From positions 1 to 57,368 of the forward strand of contig CAYPVH010000002.1 of the NCBI GenBank assembly GCA_964414145.1: a stretch of 57,368 bases of DNA. Direction: 5' to 3'. Positions 1 through 10,035 of the stretch are shown here, in pieces (position 1 is the stretch's first letter; each line of letters opens with the position of its first letter). Position numbers and translations under genes: made by a program. The DNA is from an uncultured Gammaproteobacteria bacterium (GTDB lineage: Bacteria; Patescibacteriota; Microgenomatia; UBA1406). Under the pieces are notes generated by a model. That model saw only the letters and a list, made by a program, of their open reading frames with translations, was not told the DNA's origin and ran no database searches.

Positions 1-53
1 AAAAACCAATTGATTTATTAAAAGTTATGTCAACGAAATAGGTAACAGATACA

Positions 54-74
54 ATTCTGAGCGTAGCGAAGAAT
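54..74. repeat. REP-like short palindrome ATTCTGAGCGTAGCGAAGAAT
   Basis: ATTCT/AGAAT arms around GAGCGTAGCGA; lies just after an upstream + strand frame that ends TAG at 41. Resemblance to the REP-like class is from memory. Confidence 0.55.
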
Positions 75-294
75 CCCATTACGTAAAATTTATAATTTAA
101 AATTTAGAGTAAATAAATAAGAAACTAGTTTCTAGAAATTGGAAAACGGTAATAGAAAAGGGAAAGTAGAAAATGGAATGTTTTTATTTATTTATTAATT
201 CTAGCTTCTAAATTTAATCGAAATTCAAAATTAGAGCTTCAAAATTAATCTTTGATTATTCTTTTGTATCTTTTTACTTGCAATTTTTAATTTT

Positions 295-1047
295 TTAATG
301 TTGGTGCGGCATAATATTAAACGCCCCAAACATAACTATAACTCCAATAATTAACGGAATTAAATTCTTCCTAATATCTGTTTCTTTGTCGGCACTACTT
401 GGTAAAAAATCTACCGCTCCCAAATAAAAGAACAAACCGGCTGCAAAAGCAATTAAATACCCAACAACCGCGTCATTTTTAATAAAGTAATAAACTAAAA
501 ATGCGCCTACAACCGTAGCAAGCGCAGACACAAAATTAACTAATAAAATTTTAGCTGGCTTCCACTTGAACTTATAAAGAATGGCAAAGTCGCCAATTTC
601 GTGTGGCACCTCGTGCAGAAAGCTTGAAAAAGCGGTAGTTAAACCAAGTATGGGCGAAGCTAAAAAACTGGCGCCAATAGCCACACCATCTACAAAGTTG
701 TGCACTGTGTCACCTATAATTAATAACAACATACTGCCTTTCTTGCTGCTATGATTATGTTCTTTGCTGTCGTCGTGGTGATGTAGTTTAAAAAAGAAAT
801 GCTCAAACATAAAGGCAGCTAAAAAAGAAAAAAGGCAAACTGCGTAAGCCCTTTCATCAATTAAGTGCACCGCCTCGGGTAAAAGACCAATAAAAGCTGT
901 GGTTAGTAAAACGCCGGCGGCAAAAGGAATTGAATAACGGCAAAGTAATCTACGCCACTTTTTAATATACAAAAAAAGGGCACCACCAACTAAAGCAAAA
1001 ACACTACCAAGTAAAGAAAATACTAAAAGTAGCAAAGCTTCGTTCAT
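295..1047 (-). CDS. ZIP family divalent metal (Zn) transporter
   Basis: Multi-TM; His-rich loop HHHDDSKEHNH; signature GDTVHNFVDG and LHEVPHEIGDF. Confidence 0.95.
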   Translation of the reverse strand: MNEALLLLVFSLLGSVFALVGGALFLYIKKWRRLLCRYSIPFAAGVLLTTAFIGLLPEAVHLIDERAYAVCLFSFLAAFMFEHFFFKLHHHDDSKEHNHSSKKGSMLLLIIGDTVHNFVDGVAIGASFLASPILGLTTAFSSFLHEVPHEIGDFAILYKFKWKPAKILLVNFVSALATVVGAFLVYYFIKNDAVVGYLIAFAAGLFFYLGAVDFLPSSADKETDIRKNLIPLIIGVIVMFGAFNIMPHQH

Positions 1048-1079
1048 AAAGCAATTGTATCAACCAAGTCCAATTTGTA

Positions 1080-1937
1080 CTAGTAACTAAATTCCTTTTT
1101 CAGTATTTTTATAATTACTTTGCTTGCAGTTTTTGGGCTTTCGGCAAAAAAATTATGACCTAAATTTGGCAGCGTTGTGTAGTTATCAGTTATATTCTTA
1201 ATATTTTTTTTCTGAATGTCTTTTTCTCCGTATACGAATATTTTTCTGTTCCGAACTTCCTTAACTAAACGGCTTGTTTGCTCAATTTCACTGTAATCCG
1301 GGTCGGCAATAGCCTGCGGGCTAGTTTGCATAATTAACTCTATAGCTGTGTTTTCTACCGCCTTTATATTAGTATCAGTATTCTTGTAAATCACAGGTAA
1401 AAGTAAAAAACGAAGAGCAAACAAGTTACCGGCTAAAAATTTCCTTATGAAATAAGGCATTTGAATAAAAATTTTACCACTCAGTGTTGTTGGTAATCCG
1501 GCCAAAATAAGAGGTGCATTTGTATATTTCTTTTTAGCAGCTTTTAAAGTTACAATTGTGCCCAAAGATAAGGCAATAATTGGGGTCTCGGGTAGTTTGT
1601 TTATCGAAATAAAGGTTCCTAAGGCGTTAGTAAACAAATCGGTATTGTGTATAGCCCCAGGAATACTTTCTGAGTCGCCAAAGCCGGGCATTTCCGGTAT
1701 ATATACCTTATAGCTTTCTGCCAACAATTTATCAAATCCATTCCAAGACTTACTGGCAAAAGCACCGTGCAGCAAAATTACCGGTCTGCCATTTCCCAAA
1801 ACCCGATAACTCATCTTTTTATTCTTAAATAAATAAATGTTTTCCGGTTTCTTGCTTCTGTAAAGAAGTGACAAAACAGAGCCGGACAAGAGTAATAACA
1901 GCAGAATCAACAAAATAACCAGAACTGTAAGCAACAT
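1080..1937 (-). CDS. Membrane-anchored alpha/beta hydrolase
   Basis: N-terminal TM; LLHG oxyanion motif; PEMPGFGDS; nucleophile elbow ALSLG; C-terminal GH; TATAAT 6 nt upstream of ATG. Confidence 0.85.
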   Translation of the reverse strand: MLLTVLVILLILLLLLLSGSVLSLLYRSKKPENIYLFKNKKMSYRVLGNGRPVILLHGAFASKSWNGFDKLLAESYKVYIPEMPGFGDSESIPGAIHNTDLFTNALGTFISINKLPETPIIALSLGTIVTLKAAKKKYTNAPLILAGLPTTLSGKIFIQMPYFIRKFLAGNLFALRFLLLPVIYKNTDTNIKAVENTAIELIMQTSPQAIADPDYSEIEQTSRLVKEVRNRKIFVYGEKDIQKKNIKNITDNYTTLPNLGHNFFAESPKTASKVIIKILKKEFSY

Positions 1938-1984
1938 AATACTATTATATTACTACACTGAAAAATTATTTATAATATCTAGCA

Positions 1985-2635
1985 GTGAAAAACCCTTTTG
2001 ATAAGAAAAGTAATGTCTGTACAATTTATATTGTCCGTCATGGTGAAACAGAGTGGAATAGGCAAAAAATTATTCAAGGCCATTTGGATTCACCCTTAAC
2101 AAAGGCTGGTCTATTTGCAGCAAAAGATTTGGCAGATAAATTAAAAGCTATAAAGTTTGCCGCCTGTTATTCATCAGATTTACTACGGGCGAAGAAAACA
2201 GCAAAAATTATTGCTAAAGAACATCAGCTTATTGTAAAAACAACGAAAGCCTTAAGAGAAAGAAAATTAGGTAGGTTTGAAGGAAAGTCTATCGATTATT
2301 TACAAAAGGAATTGCAAAAAGCTATTGTTGGCTACAAAAACCTAGTTGAAGCTGAGCTTAACAACAAATGCTTACCCGACATTGAAAGCCACCAAAAAAT
2401 AATAGAACGCTTTATAAGTTTTGTTCGTCAAGTAGCTCTGGCATACCCACGGAAAAATGTTTTATTAGTAACTCATGCAGGTGTGATTGTGGCGTTTTTA
2501 GCTAAGATGGCTTTTGCCACACACCAAGAGTTAAGAACCGGTACTATTTCTAATTTGGCACAAATTGTTTTGCTGTCTGATGGGGTTGAATTCTATATAA
2601 AAGAAACTATCGGAATTAAGCCAAAAACACTTTGA
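1985..2635 (+). CDS. Histidine phosphatase / phosphoglycerate mutase family
   Basis: RHGETEWN, SSDLLRA and LLVTHAG motifs; GTG start 8 nt after TATAAT (1971-1976). Confidence 0.93.
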   Translation: MKNPFDKKSNVCTIYIVRHGETEWNRQKIIQGHLDSPLTKAGLFAAKDLADKLKAIKFAACYSSDLLRAKKTAKIIAKEHQLIVKTTKALRERKLGRFEGKSIDYLQKELQKAIVGYKNLVEAELNNKCLPDIESHQKIIERFISFVRQVALAYPRKNVLLVTHAGVIVAFLAKMAFATHQELRTGTISNLAQIVLLSDGVEFYIKETIGIKPKTL

Positions 2636-2660
2636 CATTACTTATTAATTTAGGTAGTAT
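2632..2660 (+). promoter_or_regulatory. sigma70-type promoter for dsbA-like gene
   Basis: TTGACA (2632-2637)-17 nt-TAGTAT (2655-2660), 9 nt before ATG 2670. Confidence 0.7.
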
Positions 2661-2669
2661 TTGTAGATT

Positions 2670-3398
2670 ATGGCAAATCAATCACAGCTAGAAACAAATA
2701 TTAATGCTCTTCAGCAGTCCATTAAGATTCTTTCCGTTTTGGTTATTGTGCTCATATTTGGGGTAGCTGTTTTGTTTTACCAGCAGTTTAGTAGTCCCAA
2801 AAATGCAGAGGTGGCTGGTGAACAAATTGAAGAAGAAGAGCAATTTACAGTAATTGACGAATACCCCCAAATTCAAGAAACAGATCATATTAGGGGTAAT
2901 AAAGATTCCAACATTGTTATTCTTTCTTTTTCCGATTATGAATGCCCATTTTGTAAAATGTTTGATGAAACAGTTAACACGCTTGTTGAAGACAATAATA
3001 TTGCCTATATTTATAGACACTTTCCTTTAGATATGCATCAAAACGCTTTAACCGAAGCTATGGCTGCTGAATGTGTTGCCTTGCTTGGCGGAAACGATGC
3101 TTTTTGGCAGTTTAGTGATCTAATTTTTGAAAACACACAATCAAATGATGGTCTTGATTTAGAATTATTGCCCGAATTTGCGCAAAAGAGTGGGGTGAAT
3201 GCATTTGATTTTCAAACATGCCTTGATAATAAGGAAACTGAGGCGGGAATAAAGAGTGGGGTAGAAGAAGCAGCCAAATTTGGTGTTTCTGGCACTCCGG
3301 CAAGCTATTTAATTAATAAAAAAACCAAGAAAGCTATCTTCATACCCGGCGCTCAACCGGCCGATAAAGTTGTCGAAGCGATTCAAAAAATTCAGTAA
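2670..3398 (+). CDS. Membrane-anchored DsbA/thioredoxin-fold oxidoreductase
   Basis: N-terminal TM; FSDYECPFC; YRHFPL; cis-Pro loop GVSGTP. Confidence 0.93.
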   Translation: MANQSQLETNINALQQSIKILSVLVIVLIFGVAVLFYQQFSSPKNAEVAGEQIEEEEQFTVIDEYPQIQETDHIRGNKDSNIVILSFSDYECPFCKMFDETVNTLVEDNNIAYIYRHFPLDMHQNALTEAMAAECVALLGGNDAFWQFSDLIFENTQSNDGLDLELLPEFAQKSGVNAFDFQTCLDNKETEAGIKSGVEEAAKFGVSGTPASYLINKKTKKAIFIPGAQPADKVVEAIQKIQ

Positions 3399-3433
3399 CA
3401 AGGGATTCAATTTTTTTTTATAATGAAGTTGTC

Positions 3434-3883
3434 ATGAGTAAAGCTAAAAATCACTCTTCTATTTCACACCTTGTAAAACATGCCTTAAAATTTACTTCAT
3501 ATACAGGCTCTAAGGAAACCGAACCACGTATGGCTGAGCCCTTAAAAATTAAGGAACCCCTTAAAGAAAGTGTGGCTGAGAAAGTAGAAAAAGCACCGCA
3601 ATCTGAATCAGAAACCCAAACAAATATACAGGTTGATCCGGAAGTACCTGAAGTTAGTGAGGAACTTAAAGAAGCCGGGGTAGAAACGGTAAAGAGCTCT
3701 AGTGTTTTTGTTAATAATAAAAAAATCGAGCTACCTATTTCTCCCGATGATCTCAACGAAGCTTCTCATAAACCAATAACTTCAGGAGCTCGTTGGCTGG
3801 CTGAAATAACCATGTACATTTTAAACAAGTCTCACCTGGTTCTAAGGAGAGTGGGTAAGGGTTTTGAAGTTGTTCAGAAATAA
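3434..3883 (+). CDS. Hypothetical protein (acidic middle; C-terminal LPIS...SGARWLAE helix)
   Basis: TATAAT 3419-3424 precedes ATG; 2-nt gap to next gene; no known motif. Confidence 0.75.
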   Translation: MSKAKNHSSISHLVKHALKFTSYTGSKETEPRMAEPLKIKEPLKESVAEKVEKAPQSESETQTNIQVDPEVPEVSEELKEAGVETVKSSSVFVNNKKIELPISPDDLNEASHKPITSGARWLAEITMYILNKSHLVLRRVGKGFEVVQK

Positions 3884-3885
3884 AA

Positions 3886-4221
3886 ATGAAAGCTGGTTTT
3901 AGAGTAATCCGAGCAATTATTCCAGTAGCATCTTTTTTGGTCTTGATTAGTCTTGTAATATTTGTCCCGCCAAACTCAAGGGAAATAATAATTCTTTTTA
4001 TTTTTGGTTCCGGATTATTTATACATTTACTATTTAATCTATTATTAAAGTCACGAATTAAAAACAATACGATTAAGCGCCTATTACTAATCTATTTACC
4101 ACTAACAATAGTACAAATTTTGTATTTTATGTGGCAAGAAATTTATAATATAGAATTTTTTCTATATGGCGCCCTGGTATTATTTTTATTAGAATTAAGT
4201 ATTCGTCTTATTTTTGTTTGA
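3886..4221 (+). CDS. Small integral membrane protein (about 4 TM)
   Basis: Hydrophobic 111 aa; stop overlaps next start. Confidence 0.75.
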   Translation: MKAGFRVIRAIIPVASFLVLISLVIFVPPNSREIIILFIFGSGLFIHLLFNLLLKSRIKNNTIKRLLLIYLPLTIVQILYFMWQEIYNIEFFLYGALVLFLLELSIRLIFV

Positions 4222-5726
4222 TAAAATCAAGATTACCAATGAAGATTAATAAAAGTATATTTAACAAGCGTTTTTTTGAAATAGTTTTCCCACTTTGTAC
4301 TTGGGCGCTTATTACAATGCCAGTTTGGTTGTCACCTTTTCATCCAGCGGTTGTAGCATATTTTATTATCATCTTCGATGTTTACTTTTTTTACAAAACC
4401 TTTAAAACTGTTATTCTTGCTACAATTTCTTATATCAATATTAAAAAATCAAAGGAAGTTGATTGGTTAGAAAAGGCTAGAAAAGAACCGAATTTTACCA
4501 ATATTAAGCATTTTATTATTATTCCCAACTATCAAGAAACCTTCGAAAAAGTATCAAAGAGTATAGATACAATAGTAAACCAAAATTATGTAATGAAAAA
4601 CGTGTATGTTGTACTGGCGCTTGAAAAAAGTGAAGGCAAGGTAGCTGTTTTGAGAGCAGAAAAACTAAAAGCTAAGTATGGCTCACGTTTGGGAGGGTTT
4701 TATGCGTCAGTCCATCAACTAATGCCTGGCGAGCAGAAGGGAAAGGCTAGTAACCAAACATTTGCTGCTAAACTCATTTCCGAAAAGGTTGGGCAGTTGG
4801 GGTTTAGTGCTAAAGATGTGATTATAACTTCGTGTGACGCTGATACTTTAGTAGATGAGCAATATTTGGCATATTTAACTACCACTTACTTACTTGATAA
4901 GCAAAACAGGTATCATTTTTATACCGCTCCGGTGCTTTTATATAACAACTATTGGAAACTGAATTTTTTTATCAGAATACAAACTACGTTGTCTTCAATA
5001 ATGCGTTTAGCTTTTCTTTCCGAAAAACATAACTTGATTCAAATTTCCGTTTATAGTTGTAGTCTATGGCTCCTGGAGTCCGTTAATTATTGGGATGTAG
5101 ACATTGTTTCTGAAGATTGGCACGTTTTTTTACAGGCTTTTTTTGAGCATGGAGTTAAGGTTAGAACTGTTCCCATATATTTAATTAATACCAGGGACGG
5201 AGTTAGAGGTAAGAATTTAATTGAATCATTAAAAAATCGTTATGTTCAAGAAAAGAGATGGGCTTGGGGAGTATCTGATATTCCCTATGCCCTTGAAAAG
5301 GCTATATATTCCAAAAAATTAACTTTTTTTGATAAGTTTTTCAGAATTCTGTCGGTTTCCGAGTCCCACCTACTTTGGCCGTCATCATTTTTCTTACTAA
5401 CTTTAGGTGCTAACATACCCGCTCTTATTAATCCATATTTTAAACGCACTGTAATGGGCTATTTATTACCTCAAATTGCTGGTGGTATTCTTACTTTAAC
5501 CGCTTCTTTTGTTTTAGTAATAGCATATTTAGATTACCAAACTAAAAGCACATTATTGAAAAAAACAGAAACTAACAAGTTCCCCATATTAATAATTCAG
5601 TGGATATTGTTTCCGGTTTTATCCCCTATAATTTCCGCCTTTCTTTCATCAATACCTGCTCTTGAATCACACACCAGGCTACTTCTTGGCAAGAAACTAG
5701 ATTATAAAGTTACGAAAAAATTCTAG
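4218..5726 (+). CDS. Processive membrane glycosyltransferase family 2 (cellulose-synthase-like)
   Basis: N- and C-terminal TMs; PNYQE, CDADT (DxD), SEDW and QEKRW (QxxRW); alternative ATG at 4239. Confidence 0.9.
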   Translation: MIKSRLPMKINKSIFNKRFFEIVFPLCTWALITMPVWLSPFHPAVVAYFIIIFDVYFFYKTFKTVILATISYINIKKSKEVDWLEKARKEPNFTNIKHFIIIPNYQETFEKVSKSIDTIVNQNYVMKNVYVVLALEKSEGKVAVLRAEKLKAKYGSRLGGFYASVHQLMPGEQKGKASNQTFAAKLISEKVGQLGFSAKDVIITSCDADTLVDEQYLAYLTTTYLLDKQNRYHFYTAPVLLYNNYWKLNFFIRIQTTLSSIMRLAFLSEKHNLIQISVYSCSLWLLESVNYWDVDIVSEDWHVFLQAFFEHGVKVRTVPIYLINTRDGVRGKNLIESLKNRYVQEKRWAWGVSDIPYALEKAIYSKKLTFFDKFFRILSVSESHLLWPSSFFLLTLGANIPALINPYFKRTVMGYLLPQIAGGILTLTASFVLVIAYLDYQTKSTLLKKTETNKFPILIIQWILFPVLSPIISAFLSSIPALESHTRLLLGKKLDYKVTKKF

Positions 5727-6052
5727 TGAAAACAAAGGCAAGTGGGTTGTTGTACAACAAAAAATTTTGGCTTATTTTATTTCTTATTACTTATGCAATT
5801 TCGTGGTTATGGCTACCGGAAGAACTACCGCTATATTATTCGTTTGCTCTCAAGGCCGATCGTTTGGCTTCAAAATATGAACTTTTATTATTGCCTTTAA
5901 TTGTTTTTATTATTTCATATATAGCAGAAAACTGGCTTAAAAGGCTAGCCCTTGGCAACGAAACAGTTGAGCAGTTGATTAAGTTTACAGTATTGTCTGT
6001 ATCGGGTTTTGCATATTTCTTGTTTTTAAAAATAATATTATTAGTCGTTTAG
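5726..6052 (+). CDS. Small membrane protein (DUF1648-like)
   Basis: 3 TM; LPEELPLYYS segment after TM1; GTG start overlapping previous stop. Confidence 0.6.
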   Translation: MKTKASGLLYNKKFWLILFLITYAISWLWLPEELPLYYSFALKADRLASKYELLLLPLIVFIISYIAENWLKRLALGNETVEQLIKFTVLSVSGFAYFLFLKIILLVV

Positions 6053-6061
6053 GTAAGTTAA

Positions 6062-7132
6062 ATGAATATTTATATTTTTTCGATAGTATCTTTTTTAATT
6101 GCCTTTATTACTACTCCACTTACTATTAAATTGGCAAAACAATTCAAGTTGGTTACAGACGCCACAAAGCCAACACATCCAGCGCACACTCATCAGGGAA
6201 TATTACCCAGAGGTGGCGGCTTGCCTATATTTTTGGCCATTTTAATTACATCTTTACCCTTTATTCATAACCAAATTATTACCACTATAATCATTGGTGC
6301 TGCTTTAACTGTAGTTGTGGGTTTACTTGATGATAAATACAACTTATCTCCTTACTTAAGGTTTTTATTGAATATTTTGTCGGCGGCAATAGCTGTTGCC
6401 GGGGGTATTGGTATTCCTTTTATTACCAACCCGTTTGATACGGTTATTCATTTGGCAAGTTATCAATTCAACCTTAATTTTCTGGGGCGAGCCTTTACCG
6501 TTTATTGGTTATCAGATATTGCCGCTATTATCTGGATTGTATGGTCAATGAATACAATTAACTGGAGCAAAGGAGTTGATGGGCAACTACCCGGTTTTGT
6601 GTCTATTGCTGCCTTTTTTTTGGGAATACTTTCCTTAAGGTTTACACGGCACGATATTTCTCAAGAAGTGGTAACTATAATGTGTTTCACTACTTCTTTT
6701 GCATTTCTTGGGTTTTTACCCTGGAATAAATACCCCCAAAAAATTTTACCCGGGTACGCTGCCGGATCTTTAGCCGGTTATATGTTGGCAATCTTATCAA
6801 TTCTTTCTTGGGGCAAGTTAGGTACATTAATGTTAATTTTAGCTTTGCCCATGACAGATGCGGTACTGGTGTTTTGGCGTCGAGTGTTTAAAAGGAAATC
6901 GCCTTTTAAAGCCGATCGTTCTCATTTTCACCACACACTTCTAGACTTGGGTTGGAGCCGAAAAAGAATAGCCCTATTTTATTGGGCTGTTTCTATTATC
7001 ATTGGCGTTTTTTCTTTAACTATGAATTCAGAAGAAAAAATATTTGCCTTTTTTATGTTAATTTTTGTATCTGGTGGTATAGTTCTTGGCAGCTATCAAT
7101 TTGTAGAAAATCTTAAAAAAGAGTCGGAGTAA
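6062..7132 (+). CDS. Polyprenyl-phosphate sugar-1-phosphate transferase (WecA/TagO/MraY family)
   Basis: PRGGG, GLLDD, NTINWSKGVDG, DRSHFHH motifs; about 10 TM. Confidence 0.92.
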   Translation: MNIYIFSIVSFLIAFITTPLTIKLAKQFKLVTDATKPTHPAHTHQGILPRGGGLPIFLAILITSLPFIHNQIITTIIIGAALTVVVGLLDDKYNLSPYLRFLLNILSAAIAVAGGIGIPFITNPFDTVIHLASYQFNLNFLGRAFTVYWLSDIAAIIWIVWSMNTINWSKGVDGQLPGFVSIAAFFLGILSLRFTRHDISQEVVTIMCFTTSFAFLGFLPWNKYPQKILPGYAAGSLAGYMLAILSILSWGKLGTLMLILALPMTDAVLVFWRRVFKRKSPFKADRSHFHHTLLDLGWSRKRIALFYWAVSIIIGVFSLTMNSEEKIFAFFMLIFVSGGIVLGSYQFVENLKKESE

Positions 7133-7153
7133 CTGAGCTATAATATTATTTGT

Positions 7154-8029
7154 ATGAAAAGTAAAATTAAAGTTATTGTTTTAGCCGCTATTATTTTTTT
7201 AGTAATACTGGCTGGAATTCAAGTATTTGCTCCTAATCGTTTTATAACTGGTATATTCAAAAAAAGCGGTACTTTAAGAGTTGAAAGTTACCCAAAAGCG
7301 AACGTTTTTATTAATAGTAGCATGTATGGCCAAACACCTATTCAAGTTGGTTTAAACCAAGGTGTTTATACTGTTAAATTAGTACCGCTTGGCAAAGACC
7401 ATGGTTTGATAGCTTGGAGCGAAAAGGTTAAAATTCTTGAAAATATTACTACTTATGTTAATCGCGAGTTGGCCGAAACCGAACTTCTCTCGGGTGGCGA
7501 AATACTACTTCTTGAAAAAAGCCGAAGCGAAAAGGGGCAAATATTAGTCAGTACCGACCCGACCGGTCTATTTATTTCGTTAGACGGGGAAGACAGGGGC
7601 ATTTCGCCCTTATTTATGGATAATGTTAACCCCGGCGAACATGAACTTGGGGTATGGGGTGAGGGTTTTATTTCAAGAAGTATAAAAATTAACGTGGTTG
7701 AATCACATAAACTGCTGGCTTCTTTCAAGCTTAAAATTGATGAGGAATACAAAGAAAAAAAAGAAGAACAAAATAAAAAAGAGTCTGCAAAAAAAGAAGC
7801 GGTAAAGTTTATAAAAATATTAAATACACCAACGGGTTGGTTAAGAGTTAGGTATGAACCAAGTTTAGTAGCGTCAGAAGCTGCAAAAGTTGAACCAGGA
7901 AAGGAATTTAAACTTCTAGCTGAAGAAAACAGTTGGGTAAAAATAGAATACGAAACAGATCTGGAAGGTTGGGTACACTCGGATTATGTAGAAGTCATAG
8001 ATAAGAAGAGTGAGGAAGAAGAAGAGTAA
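7154..8029 (+). CDS. Membrane-anchored PEGA-domain protein with C-terminal SH3b domain
   Basis: Two PEGA-like repeats (LRVESYPKANVFIN; ILVSTDPTGLFISLDG), charged linker, SH3b (LRVRYEPS...WVKIEY...EGWVHSDYV). Confidence 0.85.
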   Translation: MKSKIKVIVLAAIIFLVILAGIQVFAPNRFITGIFKKSGTLRVESYPKANVFINSSMYGQTPIQVGLNQGVYTVKLVPLGKDHGLIAWSEKVKILENITTYVNRELAETELLSGGEILLLEKSRSEKGQILVSTDPTGLFISLDGEDRGISPLFMDNVNPGEHELGVWGEGFISRSIKINVVESHKLLASFKLKIDEEYKEKKEEQNKKESAKKEAVKFIKILNTPTGWLRVRYEPSLVASEAAKVEPGKEFKLLAEENSWVKIEYETDLEGWVHSDYVEVIDKKSEEEEE

Positions 8030-8650
8030 AGAAATTCAAATTCACAAATTACACAAATAACAAATCAAATTCAAATAACAAAACAAAAATCAACAAGAGT
8101 TAAGATTTAGGAGTTATAAGATAGGATAGAGAAAAATTCGTAATCCGTAATTCATAATAGGATAATTGTCAGCATGTCATGTTGAATCGCCGTTTTGGGC
8201 GATGAAACATCCCATGGGATTCAGAATAACCCATAAAAATAACCAATTACCAATCCGCCAGCTGGCGGATCAATTAAGCACAAAATCCGAATATCGAAAC
8301 CCGAGATTCGTACTTAAAATTCACTTAATTATTTACTATCCTAGTTTGTTATTTGTAGCTTGAGATTTGTTTGCCCTTCGATTCGTAGGGCTTGGTGTTT
8401 GCTTGCCCCTCGAAGCCTTGGCGAAGTGGGGTTTCGGACTTCGTGCTTAGCGCTTCGGATTTATACAAATACTTCCTTTTTATAATGTATATTGTATTTT
8501 GTCTATTGACTAATGGATAATGTCTACTGTCTAATGATCTTGTCTCTTGTCTATTCTTACCGAACTTTGTTCCCCGACAGTAAGGTCGAGGGACGGAGTT
8601 ATTGTATCTTATGCATCGAATAATGGATATTGTATTTTGTCTACTGAATA
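8030..8650. repeat. Intergenic cluster of short palindromes and 6-7-mer low-complexity tracts
   Basis: Palindromes at 8175-8211, 8253-8270 (perfect ATCCGCCAGCTGGCGGAT), 8373-8391, 8401-8431, 8569-8594; 17-bp direct repeat ATATTGTATTTTGTCTA at 8489-8505 and 8627-8643. Confidence 0.75.
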
Positions 8651-8668
8651 TTGCTCTGCAATCTACAC

Positions 8669-8697
8669 TTGCAATATTTTTTTTGCGTCGGTATAAT
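8669..8697 (+). promoter_or_regulatory. sigma70-type promoter of tuf-S10 cluster
   Basis: TTGCAA (8669-8674)-17 nt-TATAAT (8692-8697). Confidence 0.8.
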
Positions 8698-8763
8698 GCA
8701 TTTACTTTCGAGTAGATATTTATTTAGTGTAATAATATTTAAAAGTTTTTTATTTCAAAAAAT

Positions 8764-9948
8764 ATGGCTACAGCTGTCTATCAAAGAACCAAGCCTCACG
8801 TTAATGTTGGTACTATCGGTCATGTTGATCATGGCAAAAGTACTCTAACTGCGGCAATTACTCACGTTTTAGCTAAAAAAGGTTTAGCCCAAGCGCTAAC
8901 ATATGATCAAATAGATAAAGCACCCAAGGAAAGGGAAAGGGGCGTTACAATTAATGTTCATCACTGTGAATATGAAACTGAAAAACGTCATTATGCTCAC
9001 ATTGATGCGCCCGGTCACGCAGACTACATTAAGAACATGATTACAGGTGCCGCCCAAATGGATGGCGCTATTTTAGTTGTATCTGCACCCGACGGTCCAA
9101 TGCCTCAAACCAGAGAGCATATATTACTTGCTCATCAGGTTAATGTACCAAAAATTGTTGTCTTCTTAAATAAGGTTGATATGGTTCAAGATCCTGAGTT
9201 GTTAGAGCTTGTTGAAATGGAAATCAGAGATCTTTTAACCAAATATAAATATCCCGGCGACGAAGTGCCAATTATTAAAGGCTCGGCTCTGAAAGCTGTT
9301 GAAGGTCAAGCTGACGCGGAAAAAGCAATTATGGAACTTATGGATGCAGTAGATACATATATTCCAGAACCAGTGAGAGATACCGAAAAGCCTTTCCTTA
9401 TGCCCGTTGAGGATGTTTTCTCAATTAAGGGTCGTGGTACCGTTGTTACCGGAAGGGTTAAACGGGGTAAGCTACAAGTTAACGAAGAAATCGAAATTAT
9501 TGGTATTAAAGACACTAAGAAAACAGTAGCAACTGGTGTTGAAATGTTCAAGAAGAGCATGACCGAAACCATAGCCGGCGATAATGTTGGTCTTCTCTTG
9601 AGGGGTATTGAAAAAAAAGATATTCTAAGAGGTCAAGTAATTGCCAAACCAGGCACTATAAAACCTCATAAAAAGTTCGAAGCCGAACTATATATTCTTA
9701 CAAAAGACGAAGGCGGAAGGCACACCCCTTTCTTTAATGGGTATCGCCCTCAATTCTTTATCGAAACGGCTGACGTTACCGGTGAAATGAAACTTCCAAG
9801 TGGAGTAGAGATGGTATCTCCGGGCGACAACGTAAGTATTACGGCTGAATTAATTTATCCTGTTGCTATGGAACAGGGTTCTCGTTTTGCTATCCGTGAA
9901 GGTGGTAAAACAGTTGGTGCCGGAGTAATTACAAAAGTTATAGAGTAA
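8764..9948 (+). CDS. tuf: Elongation factor Tu
   Basis: [40 protein letters not shown]. Confidence 0.99.
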   Translation: MATAVYQRTKPHVNVGTIGHVDHGKSTLTAAITHVLAKKGLAQALTYDQIDKAPKERERGVTINVHHCEYETEKRHYAHIDAPGHADYIKNMITGAAQMDGAILVVSAPDGPMPQTREHILLAHQVNVPKIVVFLNKVDMVQDPELLELVEMEIRDLLTKYKYPGDEVPIIKGSALKAVEGQADAEKAIMELMDAVDTYIPEPVRDTEKPFLMPVEDVFSIKGRGTVVTGRVKRGKLQVNEEIEIIGIKDTKKTVATGVEMFKKSMTETIAGDNVGLLLRGIEKKDILRGQVIAKPGTIKPHKKFEAELYILTKDEGGRHTPFFNGYRPQFFIETADVTGEMKLPSGVEMVSPGDNVSITAELIYPVAMEQGSRFAIREGGKTVGAGVITKVIE

Positions 9949-9972
9949 TTTAGAAGATTAGTTAGAGCTATG

Positions 9973-10010
9973 CTAGAGGCTGGATTAATAAGGTATTAAT
10001 CCAGCTCTAG
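9973..10010 (+). terminator. Long hairpin between tuf and rpsJ (terminator, processing or stabiliser)
   Basis: GCTGGATTAATA-AGG-TATTAATCCAGC 12-bp perfect stem extended by CTAGA/TCTAG; followed by TTTATT. Confidence 0.6.
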
Positions 10011-10035
10011 TTTATTAAAAATAAAAAATAAGAAA

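Noticed and set aside
1-41. C-terminal end of an upstream gene (KPIDLLKVMSTK*)
   Set aside because: Too short to assign or confirm as coding.
8166-8848. ORFs 8166-8363 and 8651-8848
   Set aside because: The first reads through palindromic repeats; the second spans the tuf promoter and overlaps tuf out of frame.
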